A stretch of DNA of 64,000 bases from Entomortierella parvispora E1425 (GCA_020891255.1 BQFW01000015.1:1054001-1118000), one strand, 5' to 3'. Positions 1 to 12,178 are shown, numbered from the stretch's first letter. Made by a program: numbers and translations. The notes: generated from the sequence alone by a model not told the origin.

Positions 1-327
1 CCCTCAGAGTACGTTCAAGCGTTCCCGCCCATTGCTTCAACAGCAATCGTTGCACTCGCACGGGAGCATTGGAACGTTGTCGCCGAATGAAGATCCGATC
101 GAGGATTTTTCAGACTGAGATCACCCGCGTTTGGAATGCTCCTATGTATCATAGCACATTGTACTTTTAGTAAAAACCATATCGCTCTGAAAGCTTGAGT
201 GACCAGCCATTCTCTGTAAGGGGTTATATAGGTGTTATATGCGATTCACAGCATCATCGGGACGCGTGTTTATTTGTATGTCTTTTTTGTGGGAACAGAG
301 AAAAAGAGATGAAAAAACACGGATCGC

Positions 328-2153
328 TTAGAAGCGGAGCTTGGAGAAGAACCACTTGTTCTTGCCGCTGTTGTATCTGTTGAACGCGATAATGGAAAGA
401 TGTGTTAGGTATGGATTGCTCATGAAAGAAAAAAAAATGGCATCTTTTCCAGGGACTCGATAGTTTTACCTCTCCTCGAAGAGCTTCTTGATGGCCTTCT
501 TGGCCTCCTCGCGTTGGGTAGGCTCCTTGAAGGAATCAAGGGTGACGACGGACTTGAGGGACTCCAACTCCAAACCGTAGCTAATTATTGTGAAGAAACA
601 AGGCAAGGTCAGTCTTTGATATCCTATAGTTTGCCTGAGCTCCTTTAGATCATAAGAGGTTGGGAAGACACTGAGAGGGAATGCACAAGATTGAAATCCA
701 CAAAATCCAAGACCACTGAGTCGGATTGTGTTCGGTGTTTGGTCACAGCAGGCTCTCAAGTGAACAGAGCCATGGGAGAATATCAATCATTCAGTTGAAT
801 TCCCTTCAGCTTTGTCATCCAGTCGTGTGCGTGTGTATGCTTGGTCCTGCTACAAAAACCCCTCAAAACACGCTGTTCAATGGTAATGCCTTCTAGAAGC
901 GTTGCTTCCATTTGACCTGACTCAGTGAGTCGGCTTCTGCTCCAGTTACTATCCGATGAGCAACACTCCTCACGCCTCCTTTTCTCCATGCTTCCTGTCC
1001 CTGTAATTTCCGCCTCTGCAAATATAAAAAGAACAGGGAGAAGTTCCACAATGGATAGCGAGATATGAAGTTTGATCCTTACCGGGTGGGCATCATGTGG
1101 TTGTAGTTGATAACCTTGATGAAAGGCTTGACCTTGGAACGCTTGGCAACGCGCTTCTTGCCCATGTTCTTGGTGATCTTGAGGGGGTAACGCTCGACAC
1201 CAGCGACGATGGCGTGACCGTAACCGCGCTCCTTGGTACCCTCATCGACATGTAATAGACGGGAAAAATACAAAAAAAACATTCACAGGTCATACGAATC
1301 TGGCACAAATTTCCCAAAGCGAGGGAAAAGAGTGTGAAAGAAATCATTAAGCAACAACAAAATGGACAAAGAAAAAGAAAAAGAATAGAGAAACATCCTT
1401 GTGCTGTCGAGATATCCTGGTCCTGACATATAGCTGTTGTCATAGGTTGCAGTTGGTTCCAGCTTGGGTACGAATAGTCGGAGTGTGTGCAAACAAGTGT
1501 GGCACTTTCCAGTCGAGGGAGGTTGGTATTCGTTCTGGTTTTGGACAGAGATTGATGTTGGTGATCTCTTCATCCACGCTCAAAGTTGATCTTTTTGCTG
1601 CTCTGATCACGATGTTTGTTTCTCCCATGTAAACTTTTCCAAGCTCAATCCCGTTCCAACAGTCCTCTGTCCATATAGATGTTGTCCAAGTGGTATCAAC
1701 AAACGAGAAAGAAAAGGACGACAGAAAAAACAACAACGCTGAGGTGACCAGGTTTTTGCAGATGTTGGTTTGCTATTTTTCACGATGACGGCCTTCTTGC
1801 CGGCGTAGCGACCGTTAAGGATAACGACAACCTAAAAGGATGGAGGGTTGGATTGGATGTTGGGTGTGAGATGCATGTTTCTGCATGGATTGATGATGAT
1901 CTCTTCCTCCGCTGTGTTTTTGTCCTTTGATGAAATGAATCCGCATGCATGCATTCATTTGACTGGGCGTGATGGATGATGTCGATGCACTTTTTTCTTC
2001 GTTTTTTCCTCCTGATAGTTCCTGTAGCCTGGATCCCTTCTATTTGGTGACAAGATATCCGCATGCATGGTCCTGTAGGTTTGATTCCATTGATGGATGC
2101 CTCTCTCTGCCGGATGGATGCATCATTACTTTTCCACTCTTGTTAATCTTCAT
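328..2153 (-). CDS. RPL27: 60S ribosomal protein L27 (eL27), 5 coding exons
   Basis: Exons 2153-2130 (MKINKSGK), 1831-1777 ([18 protein letters not shown]), 1251-1083 ([57 protein letters not shown]), 580-470 (YGLELESLK...KKLFEER), 376-328 ([15 protein letters not shown]). Motifs match eL27. Three introns are GT-AG; intron 1776-1252 is AT-AC. Confidence 0.95.
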
Positions 2154-2583
2154 GGCTGATATCTGAGAATCGGAAGGAGAGACTGCACAATTTTGAGCAG
2201 CAGCTCTATTTTACGTGAGTCCATCCAAACGCAGTCACATACCGTTTTTCAGGATAACTTATGACATATTTTTTATTTTTTATTTCGACTCTTTGAGGAT
2301 GGGACACGGGGAAACAAAATCGTTAGGCGGCAATAAAATACAAGTCGTTCAATAGAGTACATGGGAAAGAGAAAGAAAGAGAGGGAGAGAGCAGAGGAGG
2401 TTCGACGATTCCCGGGTCGCAATGGTATGTTGTGGCTTTCTTCCTAGGAACTAGGAAGGCCAGCAAAAGTGAAAAAAGGTAAAAAAAATGGATGATTTCG
2501 TGTAGGAGGGTAGATGGATAGGTGGGTGGTTGCATAAAAATGAGGTAGGTCATGATATTGGAGAGGGAGGGAAGATGGTGTGA

Positions 2584-4886
2584 TTACATGGGCTCCTCCT
2601 TCACAGAGTGCCCATTGGCGATCGAAAGTCCCAAGCCTGCAACGGCCTCGGCGCTCTCGCCTCGCTTCTTGCGACGACGGACGTCATTACCATGGGTAAG
2701 TGATCCCATGCTACGCTTCATTGGACCATGACCGTTCGAAGACGAAGCCGAGGCACTGCGAGTGAACGCATCCTCTTCATCATCGTAGGAGCTGTCATCG
2801 TCCATCATAGGGCCACGCTGGTGGTCATCATCCGAGCCAGAATCCTCGTCACCCGACATGACACTCTTCTGACGGTAGGCATGTCGATTGTAGTTCTTAT
2901 GGCTGCGAGAGCCGAGGCGTGGGGATGATTTAAGACTGCGTGTAGGAGAGCCGGTAGGCGTAGCGTGGCTATTAGAGGTGGGCTGACTTTGACGCAGTGA
3001 GTACTGCTCAAGGCTCGCTCCTGGAAATCCTCCGGGCATGGTACCACCCGGAGTCGATGGGAAGCCTGTAGGGGCCCAACTAGGAAGTCCTTCGCTGTTG
3101 GTCTGGGGGTTCATACCCACATACCGAAGCTTGTCCATCCAATTCTCAGCCTTGTCTACAGAGTCCTTGAAGATACTGGCCACAGACCGGAGCATGTCAG
3201 AGGATTCGTTGGCGAGAACGAGGACGCGGGTCGCACGTTCAGAGGTATCGTGCAAAGCTGCGACATCATCTGGAGAGCGGTCCACAGGGCGAAGAGAAGG
3301 AGAGCCGACTGGGGTGGAGGGCACAGACTCGTTGTTCAGAGTGGCCCAGCGGACAGGCATGGAAAGGATAAATTGCCGTACACTGATTTTGGCATGGTCT
3401 GGTAAACATGCGCCGGCATAGCGAGACACAATATTAATGACCTTACGAAGAGTCTCGACGACCTCCTTCTTGATCGAGGCGAGCGTGGATGCAGCAGTGG
3501 AAGGAACAATCGCAGTATTTTGAGATGGGCTTGCGAGGGATACCAAGAAGGCGCGCAAGAGTCCGATTTGGTGGTCAATGTGTTGTACTGCATATTGAAG
3601 CCACTGCAAGCAGTACTTTAGACTCTTCATACTCTCCTCGCTGAAAATGGCGACACCAGCAGCAGAGGCCGATCCCACTGTCGCAACAACCCCTCTCCAT
3701 CCAGAGAACTGTTGGGGAGTCGCTGATGAAAGTTGTTGCTGTTGATGCTGCTGCTGAGAATAGTTATAGCCGTTGGCCTGGGTAGCTGTGAATTGGAATG
3801 GCGCTCGCTGGCTTGACTGAGAGTCTGACCGTTGTCTCATGGATGCTATCATAAACAACAGCAAGGTTAGACACATGCAACAAAGCGTGTGACACAAAAG
3901 TTGTTGAATGAAGAAAATGTCTTACAGTCTTCCTGTCTGTTGGTGGAGCGAGAGTGGAGAACATCAAAGCTGGGACGTGAGCTGGCGGCGGAGGACAGGC
4001 TGTCAATACTATCACCACGGGACCGGTGAGCAAAGTAATTGTTTGATCCTGATTCTGGACAAGTCATGTCATTGGAGGATCGTGCAGATTCTGCAGGAGA
4101 AGGAAAGGGTTGTGCTTCCGACTTGGGGTACACTTTTTCAAACTGTGAAGGCAGTATGTGAAGAGGCCATCGTCAATAAAGTGGTTCCAGTGTCCATTCA
4201 TTGATTTCTCGAAGAGTCATTTACCTTGTCCAGTTGACGGCACGCAAAATCATCAAGCTGGCCTAGTTTCGGCTCAAGCTTCTCAAATACCGGCTTTGAT
4301 AAAGACTTTACGCTTGATTCGACCATTTCAGCTCCATACTATTACGTTCATTATGGTCCTGTTAGATGGAGTGCTGAATCGCAGACTCGTGTAGCACTTT
4401 TTTGGTCCAAAGAAAAAGTGCTCTTACCTTCATGACTTTGTTGTTTTGTTTGCTGGACTCGTATGCTTTAAGGGCAGAGTTGACAAGAGGAAGACTGGAC
4501 ATGCGCGAGATAAAAGGGACGGCTGGGGTCATGAAGGATCCTGAGCGAGCATTCGCCATATCTCCCAGAGCCTCGGCCGCCAGCTGTTCAGCATAGTCGG
4601 GTTCATCTGTACCATTGTGTCCGTTGGTCTTGCCACTGGCATTGTTGCGATGATAGTCTTCGTACTCATCTTCATCCAAATCGGATGACTGACTGTAGCG
4701 ATCCTGGCCGTTTTGGCGACCGCGATAGCTGCCGTAGTCAGAATCCTCGTCAGAATTGAGGTCAGTTCTATCCCGATCCAGCTCCTGTTTGATGTTGTGC
4801 AGCTCGTCGTCCGAGTCGTCCTGCTGACAGAGCTGTGATATGGACATTGGCTGAGCCTTGGACATTTCCTTGGCTACTGGAGGCAT
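2584..4886 (-). CDS. OPI1: Opi1-family transcriptional repressor of phospholipid biosynthesis
   Basis: Spliced ORF of 4 exons with GT-AG introns. It contains SSLPLVNSALKAYESSK, YGAEMVESSVK...LDDFACRQLDK, SEESMKSLKYCLQWLQYA and IKKEVVETLRKVINIVSRYAGACLP...VRQFILSMPVRWA, which are typical Opi1-family blocks. Confidence 0.85.
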
Positions 4887-5721
4887 TGTCGAGAGAATCA
4901 CTCTTGAGAGTGTATGCTAGATATAGGCAAAGATGTCGGTCAATAAAAGAAATGAAACGAACTTTGTGATGATGTGCGTGATTGTGTACAACAGAGAGGG
5001 AGAGGCATATGACAGAAACGAAGCGCTGCATGCTCAAGCTAAAAACGGCCAAAGAGCCAGAGCACAAGCCCATGACAGTAATAATTGCTGGGGCGGAGGC
5101 GTGCTCTTGTTGATGTTGTTGGTGCTGTTGTTGTTAATGCATGTTGGGCTAAATATCAGCGTGGTTGGTGCTTTCAAGGGTCGACTTTGGGTATCTATGG
5201 CTATGCTGTTCAGTCGAACTGGTGAAAGTGTCTTCACCCGAACAGGGTGGCAGCCGCGAAGAGGCGCCCAAGGTGCAGAAGTGAGGAGACGTGAAAGGAA
5301 AGAGTACATGATCCGAGTTGGTTTACCTGCGAGTCTCTGTGGGTTGGACCAGGGGTACTTGAGAAGGAGTGGAAAGAGATAAAGTAGGGTCACACACTGA
5401 AAACAAGAGAATGCAAGTCAACTGCGTGGAAGGATGAGAAAGAACAGAGGACAGCGGAGGAAGGTCGGGATGTCGGAGGATTTGAGGCACGGGCGCTCTT
5501 TTGACTGAAAGAGTGAAGGTATGAAGAGACCGAGATGAGGGTCAAGGGTATGGTGGATGTACTCGAAGGTAAGCCGTGCAAGGAGGAAGAGGATGAGGAT
5601 GGAGGGGGACGAGCAGGGTTGATGAGGATGGAGGGAAGAAGAAATGGAGGGAAGGGATGGTACGATGGAAAAAGAAAGGGAGAGAGGCAGAGAGAGGGCC
5701 AAGAGGGCATGCAGACAGAGT

Positions 5722-5768
5722 GACAGATAGACAGACAGACAGACAGACAGAGAGACAGACAGACAGAC
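5722..5768. repeat. (GACA)n/(TGTC)n tetranucleotide microsatellite with GATA/GAGA variants
   Basis: gacagatagacagacagacagacagacagagagacagacagacagac is read directly from the sequence. Confidence 0.95.
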
Positions 5769-6639
5769 CAAGAAAAGGCCAAGGAAGAAACACCCCAACA
5801 ACGAAGCAACGCCCTTGTTCTTCACATGGCAATAATCGGCGTCGTTTTGTGCGTGTGTGAGAGCGAGCGAGGGAGCGAGGGGCAGGAACGGAGTTTTTTT
5901 TTTTTTTTTTTTTTTTGGCTCTCTCGTGTCAGCGCAATTGGATCACGTGCATTGGGCATGCCTTTGTCTCCTGTTGCTCCAGTATCTTCGCTGCTCCTTG
6001 CCTGGCAGACGGCTTCTCTTCTCTTCTCTTTTCTTCTCTCTATCGCTGGCAACTCTGATATGATTCACCCCTCTATTCTTGTTTTTATCAACCATAGCAG
6101 GCGTTTAACTCTCGTCCGAGACACGGGGAGTTTGATCTCCTATCTCTCGTTGCCTTCGCATCCACCTTCTTTTACTAGCCCTGTAAGTTCCTTTGTGTCA
6201 GGACAATACGTAGTCATCATGAGCATATTATCATCTCACTGTTGCTTATGACACACGGATGAACTGACGGCGCTTCGGTTGGGTCGGTGTCGTACAAGAC
6301 TCTGGGGCGGACCTACCTACGGTATTGTCTCTTGCCGGATTGAATACCCGCGTTTCTTTACCTTCTCTTCCCCCCATCCCTCGATCCTTTTACACACCCA
6401 ACATGTCCTCCAATAAGTAGACGGGTCATACTCTCCAAAGAGTAATCAATGCTGTTGTGAAGGCGATCCTTCGAGAAGCAAAACCTCACAGGAGATCGCC
6501 TAAGTGAATTTGGTTCAAATTGGTGGCAACAAATAAAGGTGGCTTTGCTAAAAAAACCGTCTGAGTCTCCATGCGTTTTTCTTGGTCATGGGCGCGATCT
6601 TTCACTCTTCCATCCTACTCAAAACTCACTTTGCCAATC

Positions 6640-8157
6640 ATGATTCTCGGATTCTGGGGTATGAATGACCATTTAGGTTCATTTCTCATTACAGCTTCGA
6701 AAAATAATGGCGAAGATACTAATCCATGTCTGCCTCATTCATCGATTTAGGATTGACCGTTTTTCCCGAAAGGACCTACACGCAGATTGTGGACAACTCG
6801 TTCAAGCTCTCCATGGTAACGTCCATTGACTAGAGGAGGAAATAGCGACAACACGCTTCGTACTTCAAGCAGGAGCACGGAACTACAGTGTGGAGAGCTT
6901 GTTTCTTAGAACTCGTTTATATTCCGTTTTTATGATTCTAGGCTGCTTTGGACGAGGAGACGACACCAGGGCGTACCTCCATTCGCGTTTCTGTCGACAA
7001 GAAGACCTTTATCCTTTGCTCCCTGATCGCCGGACAGATTGAGCAGCAAAACTTGGACCTTGTCTTCACTGAAGGCGAGGAGATTACCTTTTCTGTCTCT
7101 GGAAAAAAGTATGTTCTAACTCCACGCAGAGAAAGAAAGCCGCGCTCGTTTTTTTAATGCAAAACAAAAAAGACAAGCGCATGAAAGTTTTACTAAACAA
7201 CGGATTGAAACTCTTATTTATGTTAGCGCTGTTCACTTGTCTGGAAACTATCTTCCCGAGGATGAGGGCATGGAATATAGCGAAGATGAGGACATGTACG
7301 GAAACATGGATATGGACGATTCTGACGATGATGATGAAGAGGAGGAGGACGACGAGGATGACGCTGATGATCTCATCGTTTCCCGCGGCGCCAGAAAGCT
7401 CGCTCTTGAGCAGTTTGTGGGCAATGAGGATGAGGACGAGGATTCGGAAGAAGACCCCGATTTCACTGGCGAGGATGATGAAGACGAAGATGACGATTTG
7501 GAGGACTCTGATGAAGACATGGAGGAGGCACAAAACAATGGCGATGAGGATGATGAAGAGGACGAAGACGAGGACGAGGACGAGGACGACGAGGAAGAGG
7601 AAGAGGAAGAACCTGTTCCCGTCAAGCCCGTTGCTGCCAAGCCCGCAAAGAAGGAGGCCGAGGTCAAGGAGGTTAAAAAGGCTGAAGTTAAGAAGGAAGT
7701 CAAGAAGGAAGAGCCTAAGAAGGCCAACATCAAGACCCTTCCTAATGGACTGATCATTGAGGACGTCAAGGTGGGCGAAGGCGCTCGCGCAAAGTCTGGA
7801 AAGAAGATTGGCATGCGTTACATTGGTCGCCTGACCAACGGGAAGGTGTTTGACAAAAACATGAGCGGAAAGCCTTTCAACTTCAATTTGGGCCGTGGCG
7901 AGGTTATCAAGGGATGGGACCTCGGTATCCAGGGCATGCAGTTGGGCGGAGAGCGCAAGCTGACTATCCCCCCTGCATTGGCGTAAGTTGCGCAAGAGGT
8001 TAATGATATGTTGTGAGGTCGAATGAAGATGAGTTCGTATGAACTGACGCGTTTCTCTCCTTGAACATCCCATAGATATGGCGCCCAGGGAGCCCCCCCA
8101 GATATTCCTCGCAATGCAACTCTGGAGTTTGACGTCAAGTTGGTGACGCTCAAATAA
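6640..8157 (+). CDS. FPR3: Nucleolar FK506-binding protein / histone chaperone (Fpr3/Fpr4-like PPIase)
   Basis: 5 exons with GT-AG introns. N-terminal nucleoplasmin-like domain (MILGFWGL...[25 protein letters not shown]), long acidic tract, Lys-rich linker, and C-terminal FKBP domain ([21 protein letters not shown]...[31 protein letters not shown]...[13 protein letters not shown]). Confidence 0.93.
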
Positions 8158-8433
8158 AAGGAGCAAAGGCGGGTTTAGCTGTAGCATGGGAGACACCAAA
8201 CTATCTAAAACTACTATACAAATAAAACGAAACGACACGGACACAAACAGGCCCATGTCCTAACCACAAGCAGCAAAGCAGGCAGGTCTGCCCCTTTCGC
8301 CAGCGGCGATTGGAGAAGAGACGAGCAGGGAGAGGAGAGCACCAGCCACGCTGGGTTTGAAAGCAAAAACCGTGCTCACGTCCCAGCGAATTTTTTTTCT
8401 CTTTGCCTCTCTTTTTTTCGAATCTCTTTCCAA

Positions 8434-10399
8434 ATGGATCAGTCATCTTCAGGTAGAGTCCTCCCCCCTTGCTACCCTTCCCAGGATCATGCTGTGGCGA
8501 GTCCGCATCCGTCTCTCCGATGAAAGCAACATGCATGGAGGCCAGCGATTTGTAATTTGTTAGACAAACAACAAACAGTCAGGCAGACAAACAGACAAAC
8601 AGACATTCCATTGGGAGACACAGAATCATCCAATAACCTGCAGAAGAAAGAGGAAGCGATGCAAAAGAAGACAGGAAACTTGAATCAAGACACTCCGAGG
8701 ACATGTAGAGGGTCATGACGTTCACAGGAACGATCTCCTGATCCTGTTTTGCTTGAAGGTCCACTCGATCTTTTGAATGAACTCAGGAGCGTTAGCATGA
8801 AGCTCAGTGTTTTCGATTAGGGTCCACCTTGTTGACTATGCTCTCGGTACTGACCTTGACGTGTTTACGCATACTATTCGCTGGCCGATAGCCAACGTTG
8901 ATATCAAGAAGAAGCAGCAGCAGGAAGCCCCTACTCCCCAGAACACTCCCATTTTCAAAGCCCCCGTCAACCAGCCAGAACAAGACATGGAGACCATTCA
9001 GACCCCAGGTACGGTGACTCAGAAACGCCCTCTTCATGGAAAGGTGACAGGAGGACATGCGCCGACTCTTTTTCCACAACGAAAGAGACCTGCGAGCGTA
9101 GAACCATGTTGTGTCGTTGTCCTCTCTTTGTTGTTTTATCTTTTTTTGTGCCCCCAACAAAAACTTTTTTTTTTGAGCATATTTTTGTTTCTGTCTTTGA
9201 ACTAATCGCGTCAATCTGCTTCATTTTCCATCCCATGGCGATATCAGGCTCAGTCCTCGCCAACAACCCCCAGCTCATGTCCATGCTCCAGGGCCGTCTC
9301 GGCGGCCTGGTCGGCGCTCCCTCGGGCTACCTCCAGACCCTTGGACCTGATGTTCGTCGTCGCGTCAAGGGTTTGAAGTCGCTTCAGCACAAGCACGCCG
9401 CCCTCGAGGTCGAGTTCCAGAAGGAGATCTTGAACTTGGAGAAGAAGTACTTGGCACTCTACACTCCCTTGTACCAGAAGCGTGCCGAGTTTATCGCCGG
9501 AAAGGTTGAGCCCACCGATGCTGAGGTTGCCGAGGGTGTCAGCGAGGACGAGGATGAGGAGGAGGATGAGGAGGAGGACGATGAGGATAAGAAGGATGCT
9601 GACGAGAAGGTTGAGGGTATTCCCGAGTTCTGGCTCACTACCTTGAAGTCGCACCCCCAGTTTTCCGAGATCATCACCGAGAAGGATGAGGAGGCCTTGA
9701 AGTACTTGGTTGATATCCGCATGGCTTACTTTGACAAGCCTGGTTTCCGTTTGGAGTTTGAGTTCTCACCCAACGACGTCTTCACCAACTCTGTTTTGAC
9801 CAAGACCTACTTCTACCAGGAGGAGCCAGGCTATGGCGGAGACTTTGTCTATGATCATGCCGAGGGTACCAAGATCGAGTGGAAGGAGGGCAAGGACCTC
9901 AGCGTCACCGTCGAGACCAAGAAGCAGCGCCACAAGGGAACCAACAAGACCCGTGTGGTCAAGAAGACTGTCCCCGCCGAGACTTTCTTCTCCTTCTTCA
10001 CTCCCCCAGTCGCACCCGAGGATGATGAGGATATCGAGGATGACGAGGATGAGGACATTGATGAGAAGCTTGAGGCTGACTATGGTTTGGGTGAGGAGCT
10101 CAAGGACAGCGTCATCCCCCGTGCCGTTGACTGGTTCACTGGAAAGGCCCTCCAATACCAGGACCAGGGTGACCAGTACGATGATGATTTCGAGTTCTCT
10201 GATGAGGATGAAGATGAGGACGAGGACGAGGATGAGGACGAGGATGAGGATGATGACGAGGTAATGTATCGGTCTTTTATTCGTGGGAATTACAAAATGA
10301 CTCTTGGTTTTGTAACTGACATTTAATATCTTTTTCTTGCAATGCACACTGTAGGTCCCTACCAAGGATGAGAAGGCTCCCGAGTGCAAGCAGCAATAA
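8434..10399 (+). CDS. NAP1: Nucleosome assembly protein 1
   Basis: Exons: MDQSSS; ANVDIKKK...PTPQNTP; the main NAP domain exon (GIPEFWLTTLK, FRLEFEFSPNDVFTNSVLTKTY, GTKIEWKEGKDLSV, SFFSFFTPP, IPRAVDWFTG); and a last exon VPTKDEKAPECKQQ*. The first two exons are inferred from splice sites and frame. Confidence 0.93.
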
Positions 10400-10558
10400 G
10401 TCAATCGACATAAAACAACGATTGCCTATAGGAAACCAACTGCTTTTTTTTTCCTGACCATACAATAAAACTCTCAGATATATCCAACCATTGCGCTGTG
10501 GTTTATTTTATTTTTTTTTCGCTGTCGCAATTCCATGGAGGCATTAGAGCTCCTATGC

Positions 10559-10592
<34 letters not shown>

Positions 10593-10728
10593 ACCAAATG
10601 ACATACACTCTTCACCCTCTGTTCCCTTCCGCTCACTCTGCTTCAAAAAAAAAATCCACAAGATGAATTACTTATTTTCTTTACCGCTTCCTTGCTGAAA
10701 GAAATCATTACTCTCGAGGGGCGGCACT

Positions 10729-12178
10729 CTAAGCATTCGACCCACGACGGTTTCCAGCAGGACTAGGTGAGCGACCGGCGCCACCACGGGGGCCGGAGGG
10801 TACTTCTTCCGCGCTGGGCCCTTCCTGACGGCTAGGGCGATGGCCCTCTTCTTCCGCGCCACCGGCACGGCGAGGGGGTTCCTCACGACGATCCCGTCCT
10901 CCATCGACTCCACGACGATCTTCAGCACCGCGATCGTCTCCACCGCTGCGGCGATCACGATCTTCTCCACCGCCACGGCGGTCATCTCCTCCACGACGAT
11001 CGCGGTCATCTCCGCCACGACGTCTGTCATCTCCACCGCGGCGATCATCTCCTCGACGATCATCCCCGCCACGACGGTAATCTCTATCATCACGACCGCC
11101 ACCATAGTCACCCCCTCGACCACGGGAGGACGAGCGATCACGGCGACCACGGGGAGAACGAGATCTAGAGAAATGAGAGGGTCAAATGACAAGTATTAGT
11201 ATATTTTTCACTTTTCATACGTTGATGAGGATGAGGAGTATAGCACGGCGACTGTCTGTTACCTTCTACGATCACGATCGCGTCCACCGCCACGTCCACC
11301 GCCATCACCTCCTCTGCAGTCGCGAGCCCAGTGTCCTATAATATCGAGAGAGAAATAGATCAGAACACTGCCTGGGATCGACTCGGCTCTCCTATTTTGA
11401 TCGCAGCAAGATGTTGGCATCAAGATGAACATGTTGATGCCTCCTCTATTTCTGACAAACATACCCTCCTTGCCGCACTAGGGTGAGGATGATAAAAGAG
11501 GAAGGGAAAGGCATGCGTTAGAAAAGACGAAAAAATAAAAGGAAGAAACTTCCAATTCCTGTAGTTTGTTTGTAGAGCACTACCTTGAAGCATTCATTCT
11601 CGCCAGCACGACGGCCATTGTTCTTGGCAAACTCCACAACGATAGCGCTTCCATTGACCATCTGGCCATTCAATTTCTGCACCGCCTCTTCTGCGTCACG
11701 GGCATCCTATGATAAGAGAGTTACACGAGAGCCAAAAAAAAAAAAAAAAAAAAAAAAGAAAAAGAGAACTCAGCATCCGTAGAGAGCAGAGCTCGCATTG
11801 TTAAAAAGCAAAGGGGGTCAGCCCTTCCAGGCAAGAGGGTTTCCTTCAATCGTACCTCGAATTCCACGAATCCATATGCAGAGTTGGTGCCTATATTTGT
11901 TTGATCAGCAGTGGGCAAGGTAAAGAGCGAAGAGTAAAAAATAGAATAAAAGGTCATGGTTAGAGGTCATTTAGAGCAGAAACAGGCCATCATGACTTGG
12001 GAGGGAAGGGAATAGGGTGAAAAGAGGGACGACGAATGATTCTTGGACAAGAGAAGAAAGGTACGAAAGACTTGCCTCGCTTGATATCCAGACGAGTGAC
12101 CCGACCGTACTTTGCAAACACATCCTCCAAGTCGCGCGAGCGGGTGTCGGGAGCGAGTCGTCCTAAGAAAAGAGCCAT
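10729..12178 (-). CDS. SR-family splicing factor with RRM, CCHC zinc knuckle and RD/RG-rich tail (SRSF7/RSZ-like)
   Basis: 6 exons: MALFLGRLAPDTRSRDLEDVFAKYGRVTRLDIKR / GTNSAYGFVEFE / DARDAEEAVQKLNG...IVVEFAK...NECFK / CGKE / GHWARDC...RDRDRRR / SRSPRGRRDRS...GGDDRR repeats. The first intron is GC-AG. Confidence 0.9.
10915..11090 (-). repeat. Imperfect ~18-nt coding tandem repeat encoding GGDDRR/GGEDRDRR
   Basis: Repeated ggcggtggagatgac/cgtcgtgg(c/a)ggagatgac units in the last exon of the SR gene. Confidence 0.85.

Noticed and set aside
1440-1736. 98-aa ORF inside the RPL27 AT-AC intron
   Set aside because: Non-ATG start, no recognisable motif, and no splice sites that join it in frame.
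1250-1778. The RPL27 intervening sequence as a transposon insertion (AATAG/CTATT inverted ends, AT direct repeat)
   Set aside because: The inverted match is only 5 bp, there is no transposase, and a normal U-rich 3' tract in the sense direction argues for an intron.
1810-1826. GTTATCCTTAAC in RPL27 exon 2 contains an exact U12 branch box (TCCTTAAC) and a near U12 donor (TATCCTT)
   Set aside because: It encodes the conserved V-I-L-N and lies in an exon upstream of the AT-AC intron, the wrong place to serve it. Most likely coincidence.
2740-2810. Acidic DDEEDAFTRS segment of Opi1 as an FFAT motif
   Set aside because: It lacks the EFFDAxE core, so the match is too weak to call.
7084-8256. Long antisense ORFs over FPR3, NAP1, carboxylesterase, CDO1 and the poly-Q gene
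   Set aside because: These are shadow ORFs produced by strong codon bias and low-complexity tracts on the coding strand.
8644-8704. Possible 61-nt purine-rich poison cassette exon in NAP1 intron 1 (CAG|...|GTAGAG)
   Set aside because: No adequately spaced branch point or pyrimidine tract, so it cannot be supported without RNA data.
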